Source of the DNA: a bacterium
GTDB lineage: Bacteria; Myxococcota_A; UBA9160; UBA6930
Assembly: GCA_024226235.1 (NCBI GenBank)
Contig: JAAELW010000122.1
Span: 7,953-71,952 of the forward strand
DNA length: 64,000 nucleotides
Direction: 5' to 3'
In this document: in pieces, positions 24,492-34,794 of the stretch
How positions within the stretch are numbered: position 1 is the first letter of the stretch
Layout: each line of letters begins with the position of its first letter
Position numbers and translations under genes: made by a program
Notes under the pieces: model-generated
Seen by the model: the letters and a program-made list of their open reading frames with translations, nothing else
Database searches by the model: none
What the model was told of the DNA's origin: nothing

Positions 24492-25637
24492 GTGAGAACG
24501 TCGACATCGCTTCTATCGACGCCGGTGAGCTCGGCGAGCGCCTCGCTGCACTGCGTACCCGCTTCGCCGAGTTCCGGGGGCGTCTTTGACGAAACGGGGC
24601 TGAGGAAGAAGCAGCAGGAGCTGGAGGAAGCGTCCGCCCGTCCTGATCTCTGGGAGGATCGCGAGAAGGCCGAGCGGCTGTTGCGCGAGAAGCGCCGCGT
24701 CGAGCGCGAACTCGAGCTCGTCGACGGTATCGAGCTGGCCTTCTCCGACGCAGAGGTGCTGCTCGAGCTGGCCCAGGAGGCCAGCGATGCGGATACCCTG
24801 AGCGAGGTCGCGGAGAAGCTCGGCGCCGGGGAAGCTCGGCTCGAGGACGCAGAGCTGCACGCGATGCTCGGCGGTGAACACGACGGTGCGGGAGCGATCG
24901 TCGAGATCAATGCCGGCGCCGGTGGTACGGATGCGGCCGACTGGGCCGAGATGTTGCTTCGCATGTACCTGCGCTGGGCTGAGGAGCGGGACATGACGAC
25001 CGAAATCCTCGATGTCCAGGCGGGTGATGAGGCGGGCCTTCGCAGCAGCACCGTGACCATCCAAGGTGACTTCGCGTTCGGGTACCTGAAGGCTGAAGAG
25101 GGCGTACACAGGCTGGTGCGCATCTCTCCCTTCGACGCCCAGCATCGCCGGCACACGGCGTTCGCCAGCGTGAGCGTGATCCCCGAGCTCGACGATTCGA
25201 TCGACGTCGAGGTGGACGAGAAGGACCTGCGCGTCGATACCTATCGGGCTGGGGGCGCGGGCGGACAGCACGTGAACAAGACCGACTCGGCAGTGCGTCT
25301 CACCCATGAGCCCACCGGAATCGTGGTGCAATGCCAGAACGAGCGCTCGCAGCACAAGAACCGGGCCCAGGCCCTGAAAGTGCTGAAGGCGCGAATCTAC
25401 GAGCACTATCGACGGGAGCAGGAAGAGAAGATGGCCGCGATGCGAGGGGAGAAGCAGGAGATCGGTTTTGGCAGCCAGATCCGCTCCTATACGCTGCACC
25501 CCACCCAGCGCGTGAAGGATCACCGAACGGGGGTCGAGGCGGGCAATGCCCAGGCCGTTCTCGACGGCCAGCTCGACAAATTCATTCGCGCCACGCTGCT
25601 CTGGAAGAGCACCCGAGGCGCCGGGAGCTCATCGTGA
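24488..25637 (+). CDS. prfB: peptide chain release factor 2, with programmed +1 frameshift (24488-24586 joined to 24588-25637)
   Basis: Frame-0 leader MSENVDIASIDAGELGERLAALRTRFAEFRGRL ends at the in-frame TGA at 24587-24589, inside CTT TGA C. The +1 frame continues with RF2 motifs SPF (ISPFDAQHRRHT) and GGQ (GAGGQHVNKTDSAVRLTH). The start overlaps the lnt stop (ATGA). Confidence 0.93.
24576..24590 (+). promoter_or_regulatory. prfB: prfB +1 frameshift site (internal SD-like GGGGG, then CTT TGA C)
   Basis: GGGGG at 24576-24580, CGT, CTT at 24584-24586, TGA at 24587-24589, C at 24590. This closely mirrors the E. coli AGGGGGUAUCUUUGAC autoregulatory site. Confidence 0.88.
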
Positions 25638-27112
25638 GCGAAAACGAACAAGACGCGCGTCGCGCCCGGCTCGAAGCCCTGCGCCAGGCAGGCGTGGATC
25701 CGTTCCCCGCACGGGTCGCAGAGCACACGTCGATCGCGGCCTTGCGTGTGCCCTGGGAAGACGTGAGTGCCGAGGTGCTGGAAGCCGAGATGCCGCCGGC
25801 AGCCATCGCCGGACGGATCAAGGCCCATCGCTCCTTCGGCAAGTTGCTCTTCATGACCCTGGTGGAAGACGGCGTGGCCATGCAGGTCTGCCTGCGCAAG
25901 CAGGAGGTGACGCCCGAAGTCTTCGATTTCTCCAAGAAGCTCGACGTGGGCGATTTCGTGCGGGCCGAGGGCTTCGTCTGGCGCACGAAGAAAGGTGAGC
26001 TGACTCTCGACGCGAGGGACGTCACGATGCTCGCCAAATGTCTGCAGCCCCTGCCCGAAAAATGGCACGGCCTGGCCGACGTCGAGACCCGCTATCGCCA
26101 GCGCTACCTCGATCTGCTCTCGAACGAGGAGGCGAGGACGACCGCATTGCTGCGCAGCCGGGTGACCACTGCGTTGCGCCAGTTCCTCGGTGAGCGCGGC
26201 TTTCTCGAAGTGGAGACACCGGTCCTTCAACCGATCTACGGTGGCGCTGCGGCGCGACCCTTCACGACCCATCACAACATGCTCGATCAGCAGCTCTATC
26301 TGCGCATTTCCGACGAGCTCTACCTGAAGCGCCTGGTGATCGGAGGGCTCGACCGGATCTACGAGATCGGCCACAACTTCCGCAACGAGGGCATCTCGAA
26401 GAAGCACAACCCCGAATTCACGATGCTCGAGTGCTACCAGGCGTTCGCCGACTATCGAGACATGATGGACCTGACGGAAGCCATGGTCGGCTTCATCGCC
26501 GAGAGCGTTCTCGGGACCACCAGCGTGGAGTTCCAGGGCACGAAGCTCGAACTCGGGAGGCCGTGGCCACGGATCACGATTCGAGACGCGATCCTGGAGA
26601 AGACGGGCGTCGATATGCTGGCCGCCGCCGACTTGCCTTCTCTCCAGCAGGCCGTGCGCGATGCGGGCAAGGACCCAGGCGAAGCACCGACCTGGGGTGT
26701 GCTGGTCGACGATCTCTTCTCCGACTACGTCGAGCCCACGCTGATCCAGCCGACCTTCATCACGGACCATCCTGTGGAGCTTTCACCCCTCGCCAAACGT
26801 TCCTCGGAGGATCCCAGGTTGGTGGAGCGCTTCGAGCCCTTCATCGGGGGAATGGAGATCGGCAATGCCTTCAGTGAGCTCAACGATCCGGACGATCAGA
26901 GGCAGCGTTTCGAAACCATGGGGAAGGCCCGGGAACAAGGGGATGAGGAGGCGCATCCAATGGACGAAGCATTCCTGCTGGCCCTCGAGCACGGGATGCC
27001 TCCCACCGGGGGGCTCGGCATTGGGGTGGATCGACTGGTGATGGTCTTGGCCGACGCGTCCAACCTGCGAGAAGTCATCCTCTTCCCGCACCTGCGACCC
27101 GAGGGCGACTGA
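25634..27112 (+). CDS. lysS: lysyl-tRNA synthetase (class II)
   Basis: The GTG at 25634 overlaps the prfB stop (GTGA). Motifs FLEVETPVLQP, YLRISDELYLKRL, HNPEFTMLECY, GLGIGVDRLVM. The ORF-track start at 25331 is an extension into prfB. Confidence 0.93.
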   Translation: MSENEQDARRARLEALRQAGVDPFPARVAEHTSIAALRVPWEDVSAEVLEAEMPPAAIAGRIKAHRSFGKLLFMTLVEDGVAMQVCLRKQEVTPEVFDFSKKLDVGDFVRAEGFVWRTKKGELTLDARDVTMLAKCLQPLPEKWHGLADVETRYRQRYLDLLSNEEARTTALLRSRVTTALRQFLGERGFLEVETPVLQPIYGGAAARPFTTHHNMLDQQLYLRISDELYLKRLVIGGLDRIYEIGHNFRNEGISKKHNPEFTMLECYQAFADYRDMMDLTEAMVGFIAESVLGTTSVEFQGTKLELGRPWPRITIRDAILEKTGVDMLAAADLPSLQQAVRDAGKDPGEAPTWGVLVDDLFSDYVEPTLIQPTFITDHPVELSPLAKRSSEDPRLVERFEPFIGGMEIGNAFSELNDPDDQRQRFETMGKAREQGDEEAHPMDEAFLLALEHGMPPTGGLGIGVDRLVMVLADASNLREVILFPHLRPEGD

Positions 27113-27118
27113 AGTCCC

Positions 27119-29122
27119 ATGGGTCCTCTGGCTGCCGATCTCTGGGCGTTCCTGAGCACCGCAGGGGGCTCCATCGCACTGGCGTTCATCGTGGCGATGG
27201 CATTGGGCATCGTTGCAGTCACGCTGCTGTTCATGGGCTCGGCGGTGGTCGTATTGGAACGCTTCGCCCGCGCGACCCACCGGTTGAGCAGTATCGTGTG
27301 GGTGACCCTGGCCTGGGCCGCGCTGCTCGGAAGCCGGGGCCTCGACCGGGAGTGGTTCGAGTTGCTGGCCGGCGATTGGCCCGGCCCTCTGAAAGCATGG
27401 ATGCTCGTCGCGGCGGGCTCCCTGGTCGCGCTGATCGTGGCACAGTTGCTGGTGGCCGCGCTGCTTCGCTTCGTCCCGCCCCGGCTGCTCGGGATCGGTA
27501 GCACCGTCGTTCTGGCTGCGGGCTACGCATTCATGGTCGGCGGTCTGGACCAGCTCGACTACGCGCTCGCGCCGGCCGGGATGGCCTGGGGGCTGTTCGC
27601 GATCTTTCGCTGGCGACGGCGGAGGGCGAGCGTGAACGGCGCGTCCGAGCGCGGCAATGACGAACGCCTGACCCTCGCGTTGGCGGTGGTCCTCAGTGCA
27701 GGCGCCGTCCTGCCGCTTCTTCTGACTGCCCCCCAGCCGGAGTTCTTCGTGCTGGGTCAGTCACTCTTGTCGGGGTTCTTCGCCTTCGTGCTGCTCGGGC
27801 TCCTGCCGCTCGCCGCCTCCGGGCTGCTCGATACGCGCGGCACCGCCGAATGGTTCATTGCGCGTCGCTACCTGTTCGCCAAGCGACGTCAGACCTTCAT
27901 CTCCGTGGTGACGGGGATCTGCATCGTCGGTGTGGCTGCTGGAGTGTGGCTGATCATCACCGTGCTCTCGGTGATGAACGGCTTCGAGAGGACCTGGCGC
28001 GACGAAATCATCGGCAACCGCGCACATCTGACCGTCCACAGCCCGCTCGGTCCGATCGAGAACTATCGCGAGGTGCTCGAAACACTCGATGGCCTGGAAG
28101 ACGTGATCGGTGCCTCGCCCTTCCTGGATGGTGAGGGGATGGTGCGGGGTCGCGACGGCGAGATCGTCGGCGTGCGGGTGCGCGGGATCGATCCGGAGCG
28201 GATCGTCCAGGTGACCGACCTGCGAGATGATCTACTGCCCGGGTCCGAGTATGCGCTCGACAACCTGGCCCCCGGCGTGTCGGACAATGGCGCACCGCCT
28301 GCTGACCCCGGAATCGTGATCGGCAGTCAGTTGGCCCAGCATCTGGGCGTGGGCGTGGGCGACGACCTGCTGGTGATCTCTCCGTTCGGCGGGCCGCCGA
28401 CCCCGCTCGGGCCGAGCCCGCGTCTCAAGCGGTTCCGTGTCGCCGGTGTCTTTCAGTCGAGCTTCTTTCAATACGATGAGATCTTCACCTATGTGAACCT
28501 GGCGGCTGCCCAGGATTTCCGGCGGGTCGAGGATGTCGTTCACGGGATCGAGGTTCGCACCACCGACTACTATCGTTCGAGCCGCGTCGGCCGGGAGATC
28601 GAGGGCGTTCTGGGCTTCCCGTTCTTCACTCGGGACTGGAAGGAGTTCTTTCCGACCTTCTTCCAGGCGCTGAAGAACGAGCGGGTGATGATGTTCTTGT
28701 TGCTGGCGATGATCATGGTGGTCGCCACGTTCGCGATCGTCGTGACCCTGGTCATGATGATCATGGAGAAGTCGAGCGATATCGCGATCCTGAAGGCCAT
28801 GGGGGCGAGCGATGCATCGGTCGAGCGCATCTTTGCGATCGAAGGCACGCTGATCGGGTTGATCGGAACCTTCGTTGGGGTGCTCGCGGGAATCGCGGTC
28901 ACCACCCAATTGCCCTGGGTGCAGCGGCAGATCGAGACGCTGACGGGCATCGATACGTTGCCGGCCGCGATCTACCAGTTCTCGACCCTGCCGTCCGAGA
29001 TCGACGTCGGTCAGGTGGCCGTCGTCGTAGCGATCGCGATGGTGCTTTCGCTCGGCGCGACGCTCTTGCCCTCCCGGCACGGCGCGAGGCTCGATCCCGC
29101 GGAAGCGCTTCGGTACGAGTGA
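27119..29122 (+). CDS. lipoprotein-release permease LolC/LolE (FtsX family) with a ~240-aa hydrophobic N-terminal extension
   Basis: From residue ~245 onward the LolC/E layout is typical (WFIARRYLFAKRRQTFISVVTGICIVGVA.., a periplasmic MacB-like domain, and a C-terminal FtsX 3-TM bundle ending [10 protein letters not shown]). The preceding 240 aa are in the same frame and contain several TM-like segments. Confidence 0.85.
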   Translation: MGPLAADLWAFLSTAGGSIALAFIVAMALGIVAVTLLFMGSAVVVLERFARATHRLSSIVWVTLAWAALLGSRGLDREWFELLAGDWPGPLKAWMLVAAGSLVALIVAQLLVAALLRFVPPRLLGIGSTVVLAAGYAFMVGGLDQLDYALAPAGMAWGLFAIFRWRRRRASVNGASERGNDERLTLALAVVLSAGAVLPLLLTAPQPEFFVLGQSLLSGFFAFVLLGLLPLAASGLLDTRGTAEWFIARRYLFAKRRQTFISVVTGICIVGVAAGVWLIITVLSVMNGFERTWRDEIIGNRAHLTVHSPLGPIENYREVLETLDGLEDVIGASPFLDGEGMVRGRDGEIVGVRVRGIDPERIVQVTDLRDDLLPGSEYALDNLAPGVSDNGAPPADPGIVIGSQLAQHLGVGVGDDLLVISPFGGPPTPLGPSPRLKRFRVAGVFQSSFFQYDEIFTYVNLAAAQDFRRVEDVVHGIEVRTTDYYRSSRVGREIEGVLGFPFFTRDWKEFFPTFFQALKNERVMMFLLLAMIMVVATFAIVVTLVMMIMEKSSDIAILKAMGASDASVERIFAIEGTLIGLIGTFVGVLAGIAVTTQLPWVQRQIETLTGIDTLPAAIYQFSTLPSEIDVGQVAVVVAIAMVLSLGATLLPSRHGARLDPAEALRYE

Positions 29123-29805
29123 TGGAAACCCCGCTGCTCCAAGCCCGCTCGGTCTCGAAGAGTTTCCACACCGGCGAAGGCGAGATCACGGTGCTTCGGG
29201 AACTCGAGGTCTCCGTCGCCCGCGGTGAGAGGCTGGCCATTCTCGGTCAATCGGGAATCGGCAAGTCGACGCTGCTGCACATCCTCGGGACCCTCGATCA
29301 TCCGACCGGCGGCGAGGTGCTCTTCGAGGGGGAGGACGTCTTCGCGAAGGATCCTCAGCAGTTGGCCACCTTCAGGAACGAGGCCCTCGGGTTCGTCTTC
29401 CAGTTCCATCACCTGCTGCCCGAGTTCACCGCCCAGGAGAACGTGATGATGCCCGGCCTGCTGCGCGGGCTGTCCATGTCCGAGATGGGCGAGCGTGCGG
29501 CCTCGATCCTCGACGAAGTGGAGCTGGGTCATCGAATCCGGCATCCCGTCGGAAAGCTCTCGGGTGGCGAACGCCAGCGCGTGGCAGTGGCGCGAGCGTT
29601 GGTCCTCGATCCGCCGTTGATCCTGGCTGACGAACCCACTGGAAACCTCGATCCGGCCACGGGTGATCGGGTGGCAGACATGCTCTTCGACCTGAACGAG
29701 CGCCGTCAGACTGCGCTGGTGGTGGTCACCCACAACGAGTCCCTGGCCCGCCGACTGGGGCGGGCGGTCACGTTGAAGGCAGGGAAGCTCGAGCCGTCCA
29801 GCTAG
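29119..29805 (+). CDS. lolD: lipoprotein-release ABC ATPase LolD
   Basis: Walker [10 protein letters not shown], signature [15 protein letters not shown], Walker [13 protein letters not shown]. The start overlaps the upstream stop. Confidence 0.9.
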   Translation: MMETPLLQARSVSKSFHTGEGEITVLRELEVSVARGERLAILGQSGIGKSTLLHILGTLDHPTGGEVLFEGEDVFAKDPQQLATFRNEALGFVFQFHHLLPEFTAQENVMMPGLLRGLSMSEMGERAASILDEVELGHRIRHPVGKLSGGERQRVAVARALVLDPPLILADEPTGNLDPATGDRVADMLFDLNERRQTALVVVTHNESLARRLGRAVTLKAGKLEPSS

Positions 29806-30141
29806 AAGCCAGGCTCGCCCATCTGGCCCAGCCAGACGCGGAGGTAGCCTCGAGCACGATTCAGTCGGGCTGCGCCGCCCCCCACGATGGCGACTCTCAT
29901 GCCAGATGACGGTAGCGTGCCCCCGGGGCTTCTTGGCGATCCACCCAGCAGTCTGTGGATTCGATCCTAAGCTACGGATTTTGAAGAGGAAATCTCCTTC
30001 TTGCCGGCTTGCTTCGAATCTCCGCCCCGAGTAGACTCCGGGGCCGCCGAGGTAGGATGGCCACGGCATCTGGGGGCAGTGGGGAGACGGGGAACGACCC
30101 CCATCGCTTCGGCTTCGGGCCCGCTGAGACGGCTCACCCCC

Positions 30142-33100
30142 ATGGGCGTCATGCATCGAATCCACGAAGTGGGGATCCACACGTTGCGCTTTCAGCGAAT
30201 CATGGCCGTTGCTCTGCTCGGCGGGCTGCTGTTTGCGGGGTTCGTTCCTCGCGGTGCGGCCGCGCAGAATGCCGTGCGCATCGTCGTTGCGGTGCTGCCT
30301 TTCGAGGTGCACAGCGCCGAGCCGCTCGATTATCTGGAGAATTCCCTGGCCGACCTGCTCGCCACTCGCCTCGAGACGAGCGAGCGAGTCGAAGTGGTCG
30401 AGGCCCTCACGGTTCGCGAGACGCTGGTCGCCTATCCGGGCGAGCGCACGGAAACGGTGGTGCGACGTATTGCCCGCGAGGTAGGCGCGGACTACGTGGT
30501 TCTTGGAAGCCTGACCGAACTCGCCGGGCACTACAGCCTCGATGTTCGCGTCACCCCGGTGGAAAGCCGTGTAGCGACCTCGACCATGGTGTTCACGGCC
30601 GAAAATGACGATGCGCTCCTCGATCGGATCAACGAACTCGCCAGCCGGGTGCTTGCGATCGTTGGAGAGGACACGTTCCGGGCGCGGGTGGTCGCGGTCG
30701 AGGTGACCGGCGTGCCGGATTTCCCCGAAGAGACCACCGCGCGCCTGCGCACGCAGCCGGGTTCTGCCTACGACAGCGCTGCCGTCCGTGACGATCTGGC
30801 CACGCTGCGTGGGATGCCCGGCATCGCCACGGCCAGTGTCCAGACCGATCGGGGGCGGGAAGGTGTGCGGGTCGTTTATCGATTGGTGCCGACCGAGCGC
30901 ATCCTTCCGATGGGCGACCTGGAGGAGGTCGGTGATCCGATTGCCGAGGTGCGGATCGAGGGAAACAAGCGTATCGAGGCCGGTGCCATCCGCGCCCGCA
31001 TCACGACACGTGCAGGTGAGCCCTACGACGCCAGGCGCATCTCCGAGGATGTGCGCGAAATCCACGGCCTCGGGTTCTTCCGCAATGTGCGCGTGCTCTC
31101 CGACGAGAGCATCGAGGGTCGTGTGATCACCTTCGAGGTGGAGGAGAATCCGGTCATCCGGCAGGTGTCGATCACGGGCAACGACAACGTGGACGGCGAG
31201 AAGATCCGTGACAACCTCACGTTGGCCACCGGCTCCACGCTGGATATTCCGTTGCTCTTCGAGAACCGCGAGCGGATCGAGGCTCTCTACCGGGCCGAGG
31301 GCTACTACCTCGCGAAGGTTCGCTACGAGATCGAGGAAACCGGTCCCGATGCGGTCTCCGTACATTTCGAAGTTTCCGAAAACGACAAGCTCACACTCAC
31401 CAAGATCTCGTTCGAGGGGAACGAGGAGTTCTCGGATGAGGAGCTGACCCGCAGGCTCAAGACCCGAACCTGGCATTGGTACTCCTACGTCACCAAGTAC
31501 CTGGATCGCTCAGGCACCTATTCCGAGCCGGTCTTCCTGCAGGATCTGCAGGGCCTCCAATCGAAGTACCTGGACGCGGGCTACATCCAGGTCGAGATCG
31601 GTGATCCCGAAGTGAACCCGGTCGAAGAGGGCCTGGAGGTCGTGGTTCAGATCACCGAAGGCCGCAAGTTCAATACCGGCACAGTCGACGTCGCGGGTGA
31701 TGATTCGGTCGATATCGAAGCTCTCCGCGAGCGTCTCAGCCTGAAGGTTGGTGAGCCCTTCAGCCGATCCTTCCTGAATGCCGACCTGAAGGAACTCGAG
31801 GATTTCTACACCAACCGCGGTTTCTACCAGGCCGAGGTGGCGCCGCTGACCCGAGTCAATGAAGCCGACGAGGTCGTCGATGTGACCTTCGAGGTGGTGA
31901 AGGGGCCGCTCTACTTCATTCGCGAGATCGATATCGCGGGCAACACCACCACCATCGATACGGTGATCCGGCGCGAGGTGCCGACGGTCGAAGGCGAGCT
32001 CTACTCCGTGCGCCGGATGCGGCTCGCGAACCGGCGGATCCGAGGCCTCGGCTTCTTCGAAGACATCTCGCTGGATGCCAAGCTCACGGATTTCGAGGAC
32101 CAGCTCGATCTCGAGGTGCGTGTGATCGAGCGGCCCACGGGCTCCCTCTCGTTTGGAGCGGGTTTTTCGTCGCTGGACAAGTTCGTCGTCTCCGGATCGG
32201 TCTCGCAGTCGAACCTGTTCGGGCGTGGCTATGGGCTCGCTCTGTCGGCGGATATCGGCGGCCGAAGCACCCGCTTCTTCCTCTCCTTCACCGACCCGTA
32301 CTTCATGGGGTCGACCTTTGGGTTCATGGCCGGTCTCTCGCGCACCGATCTCGAGTTCTCTGACTTCGAGCAGGAGCAGACCAGCTTCGATCTCTCGCTC
32401 TCGCACTTCCTCGACGAGGCGCATGCGACCCGCGGCTCCGTCCGTTACAGCTACGCGGCTCGGGACATCACCGAGCGAGGCGGATTCAACGCGGCCGGTG
32501 TGATTTTCCGAGAGCTGCTGGGGGGTACCGAGAGCACCAGCCTGGTGGGCCTCACGCTGCAACGGGATACCCGCAACGATCGGATCTCTCCGTCGTCCGG
32601 AAGCGCCTGGGGGTTCTCGGCCGATCTCGCCGGCCTCGCGGGCTTCGCGAAGTACATTCGCATGGAGGGCCGCTCAACCTGGTTCCGCAAGACACCCGAT
32701 TGGATGCCCGCATGGTTCCCCTTCCGGGACGAAGCGGCCTGGGTGTTCGGCCTGCGGGGGGGCTGGGTCGTCCCGTTCAACAAGATCGGCGATTTCAACT
32801 TCGATACGGCGGACATCGAGACGACTTCGGATAGCGAAGTGCAAGCGCTCCAGAACATCGACGATGAAATCAAGCTTCCGCTGACCGAGCGCTACTTCCT
32901 GGGTGGAATCGGGACCTTCCAGCTACGGGGCTACAAGGCGCGCTCGGTCGGGCCCCGTCGGGCCGTCTTGAAACGTGGTGGCCTGTTCGGAACCGGAGAT
33001 TCGTTTACGCCGGTAGGTCGATCGATCTACGTGACGGGTGCGGGGCTCAACTCGGTCTGCACCGATTTCGAGGACACTTTCCTCAACGAGCAGGGTGACG

Positions 33101-33450
33101 GCGACGAAGAATGCAACAGCCTCTTCGATACCGATATCGATGACTTTGACGATCTCGACGAGACCGACGTGATTGGCGGCAACAAGTTCATCTCCGCGTC
33201 CGTCGAATACCGCTTCCCGATCTCCGAATCCCTCGGTCTGGTCGGAATCGTCTTCCTCGATATGGGCAACGCGTTCGACGAGACCCAGTCGTTCATTGAT
33301 TTCGCCGATTGGCGTTTCGGTAGTGGTTTCGGGGTGCAGTGGTTCTCGCCCTTCGGGCCTCTCCAGGCGTTCATTGGCTTCCCCATCAACAAGCTGGAGG
33401 TCGAAGACGCTCAGGTCTTCGAATTCTCCGTCGGCGGTGCGACTTTCTAG
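30142..33450 (+). CDS. bamA: outer-membrane protein assembly factor BamA with an extra N-terminal domain
   Basis: Multiple POTRA units are present (e.g. IAEVRIEGNKRIEAGAIRARI, IRQVSITGNDNVDGEKIRDNL, LTKISFEGNEEFSDEEL). A C-terminal Omp85 barrel ends ..VFEFSVGGATF. The signal peptide is ..MAVALLGGLLFAGFVPRGAAAQ. The start is uncertain (30142, 30151 or 30202). Confidence 0.9.
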   Translation: MGVMHRIHEVGIHTLRFQRIMAVALLGGLLFAGFVPRGAAAQNAVRIVVAVLPFEVHSAEPLDYLENSLADLLATRLETSERVEVVEALTVRETLVAYPGERTETVVRRIAREVGADYVVLGSLTELAGHYSLDVRVTPVESRVATSTMVFTAENDDALLDRINELASRVLAIVGEDTFRARVVAVEVTGVPDFPEETTARLRTQPGSAYDSAAVRDDLATLRGMPGIATASVQTDRGREGVRVVYRLVPTERILPMGDLEEVGDPIAEVRIEGNKRIEAGAIRARITTRAGEPYDARRISEDVREIHGLGFFRNVRVLSDESIEGRVITFEVEENPVIRQVSITGNDNVDGEKIRDNLTLATGSTLDIPLLFENRERIEALYRAEGYYLAKVRYEIEETGPDAVSVHFEVSENDKLTLTKISFEGNEEFSDEELTRRLKTRTWHWYSYVTKYLDRSGTYSEPVFLQDLQGLQSKYLDAGYIQVEIGDPEVNPVEEGLEVVVQITEGRKFNTGTVDVAGDDSVDIEALRERLSLKVGEPFSRSFLNADLKELEDFYTNRGFYQAEVAPLTRVNEADEVVDVTFEVVKGPLYFIREIDIAGNTTTIDTVIRREVPTVEGELYSVRRMRLANRRIRGLGFFEDISLDAKLTDFEDQLDLEVRVIERPTGSLSFGAGFSSLDKFVVSGSVSQSNLFGRGYGLALSADIGGRSTRFFLSFTDPYFMGSTFGFMAGLSRTDLEFSDFEQEQTSFDLSLSHFLDEAHATRGSVRYSYAARDITERGGFNAAGVIFRELLGGTESTSLVGLTLQRDTRNDRISPSSGSAWGFSADLAGLAGFAKYIRMEGRSTWFRKTPDWMPAWFPFRDEAAWVFGLRGGWVVPFNKIGDFNFDTADIETTSDSEVQALQNIDDEIKLPLTERYFLGGIGTFQLRGYKARSVGPRRAVLKRGGLFGTGDSFTPVGRSIYVTGAGLNSVCTDFEDTFLNEQGDGDEECNSLFDTDIDDFDDLDETDVIGGNKFISASVEYRFPISESLGLVGIVFLDMGNAFDETQSFIDFADWRFGSGFGVQWFSPFGPLQAFIGFPINKLEVEDAQVFEFSVGGATF

Positions 33451-33480
33451 CCCTGCCGTCTTCAACAGGAGTCGGAATAC

Positions 33481-34002
33481 ATGACGCGTAGAATTCAATG
33501 GCTGGCGGTGGTCGCGATTGCAGTGCTGGCCTTCGCCCAGACCGGAGCCGATGACGGCCTCAAGATCGGCGTGGTCGACATGCAAGAGGCCCTGTCCTCG
33601 ACGGACCAGGGCAAATCCGCGCGCGACGAACTCGTTCGCAAAGAGCGGGAGGCCCAGAGCGAGCTCCAGCCGATGATCGAGCGGCGCAACGCGCTGCAGG
33701 AGGAGATTCGCGGCAAGAAATACGTGCTGTCCGAGAGTGCGCTCTTCGACAAGCAGGTGGAGATGGCCGAACTCACCAATCAGATCGAGAGCAAGTACAA
33801 GGAACTCGAGGGTCAGTTCAAGATCGACCAGGGCCGGATCCTCGCGCCGCTCCAGGCCAAGATGATCGAGATCATCGAGGAGATCGGGAAGGAACAGGGC
33901 TTCACGGTCATCCTGCAGCGCGATGCTCCGGGGCTGGTCTATGCCAGAGAGGCCCTCGACATCACCGATGTCGTCGTGGGTCGCTTCAACAAGCAGAGCT
34001 GA
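33481..34002 (+). CDS. skp: periplasmic chaperone Skp/OmpH
   Basis: 173 aa with a signal peptide and a coiled-coil-rich body (IGVVDMQEAL..GKSARDEL..). It sits immediately after bamA, the conserved position. Confidence 0.85.
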   Translation: MTRRIQWLAVVAIAVLAFAQTGADDGLKIGVVDMQEALSSTDQGKSARDELVRKEREAQSELQPMIERRNALQEEIRGKKYVLSESALFDKQVEMAELTNQIESKYKELEGQFKIDQGRILAPLQAKMIEIIEEIGKEQGFTVILQRDAPGLVYAREALDITDVVVGRFNKQS

Positions 34003-34010
34003 CGCCGAGG

Positions 34011-34787
34011 ATGCCCCAGGTCCATCCCACCGCGGTCGTCGATCCCGGCGCGAAGCTGGCCGACGATGCCGTTGTCGGGGCCTACGCCACCGTAGGCCCC
34101 GAGGTCGAACTCGGTCCCGGCGTCGAGCTCCGTCCCCATGCCCACGTCTGGGGTCGGACGCGAGTAGGGGAGGGGTCGCGAATCTTCTCCTTCGCGGTCG
34201 TCGGCGAGGAGCCCCAGGACGAGAGCTTCTCGGGAGAGACGACCGAGCTTGTGTTGGGCCGGAAGAACGTGATCCGGGAGCATGCCAGCATCCACGTAGG
34301 CACGGCAAAGGGCGGTGGCTCGACGCGCCTGGGTGACGAGAACCTGATCATGAATGGTGTCCACATCGGTCACGATGCCCGGATCGGATCGCATTGCATC
34401 ATCGCGACCCATTGTGCGATTGCGGGGCATGTGGAGATGGGTGACTACGCAGTGATCGGCGGGCTCTCGGGCGTTCACCAGTTCGCGCGGATCGGCGAAT
34501 CGGCGATGGTGGCGGCGTTGTCTGGTGTGAGCAAGGATGCGCCGCCCTTTTCGATCGTTGCCGGTGAACGGACGACCACCCGTGGTGTGAATGTCATTGG
34601 CCTGAAGCGCCGAGGCTTCTCGCCAGAGGTACGCAGCCAGATCAAGCGCGCGTTCCACATCCTGTTCGGCTCGAAGCTCCGCTTCGAGGTGGCGCTCGCC
34701 CAGGTTCGCGAGGAAGGACTCGATAGCGACGAGGTAACGCGGCTCTTGGCGTTCGTGGAATCCTCGGAGCGCGGAGTCTCCCGGTAG
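34011..34787 (+). CDS. lpxA: acyl-ACP--UDP-N-acetylglucosamine O-acyltransferase
   Basis: N-terminus VHPTAVVDPGAKLADDAVVGAYA, hexapeptide repeats, and the C-terminal helical region typical of LpxA (GVNVIGLKRRGFS..IKRAF). Confidence 0.92.
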   Translation: MPQVHPTAVVDPGAKLADDAVVGAYATVGPEVELGPGVELRPHAHVWGRTRVGEGSRIFSFAVVGEEPQDESFSGETTELVLGRKNVIREHASIHVGTAKGGGSTRLGDENLIMNGVHIGHDARIGSHCIIATHCAIAGHVEMGDYAVIGGLSGVHQFARIGESAMVAALSGVSKDAPPFSIVAGERTTTRGVNVIGLKRRGFSPEVRSQIKRAFHILFGSKLRFEVALAQVREEGLDSDEVTRLLAFVESSERGVSR

Positions 34788-34794
34788 CCCTCCC

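Noticed and set aside
29957-29967. GGATTCGATCC motif upstream of bamA, resembling a tRNA T-loop.
   Set aside because: The flanking bases do not form a T-stem on either strand, and no acceptor stem is present.
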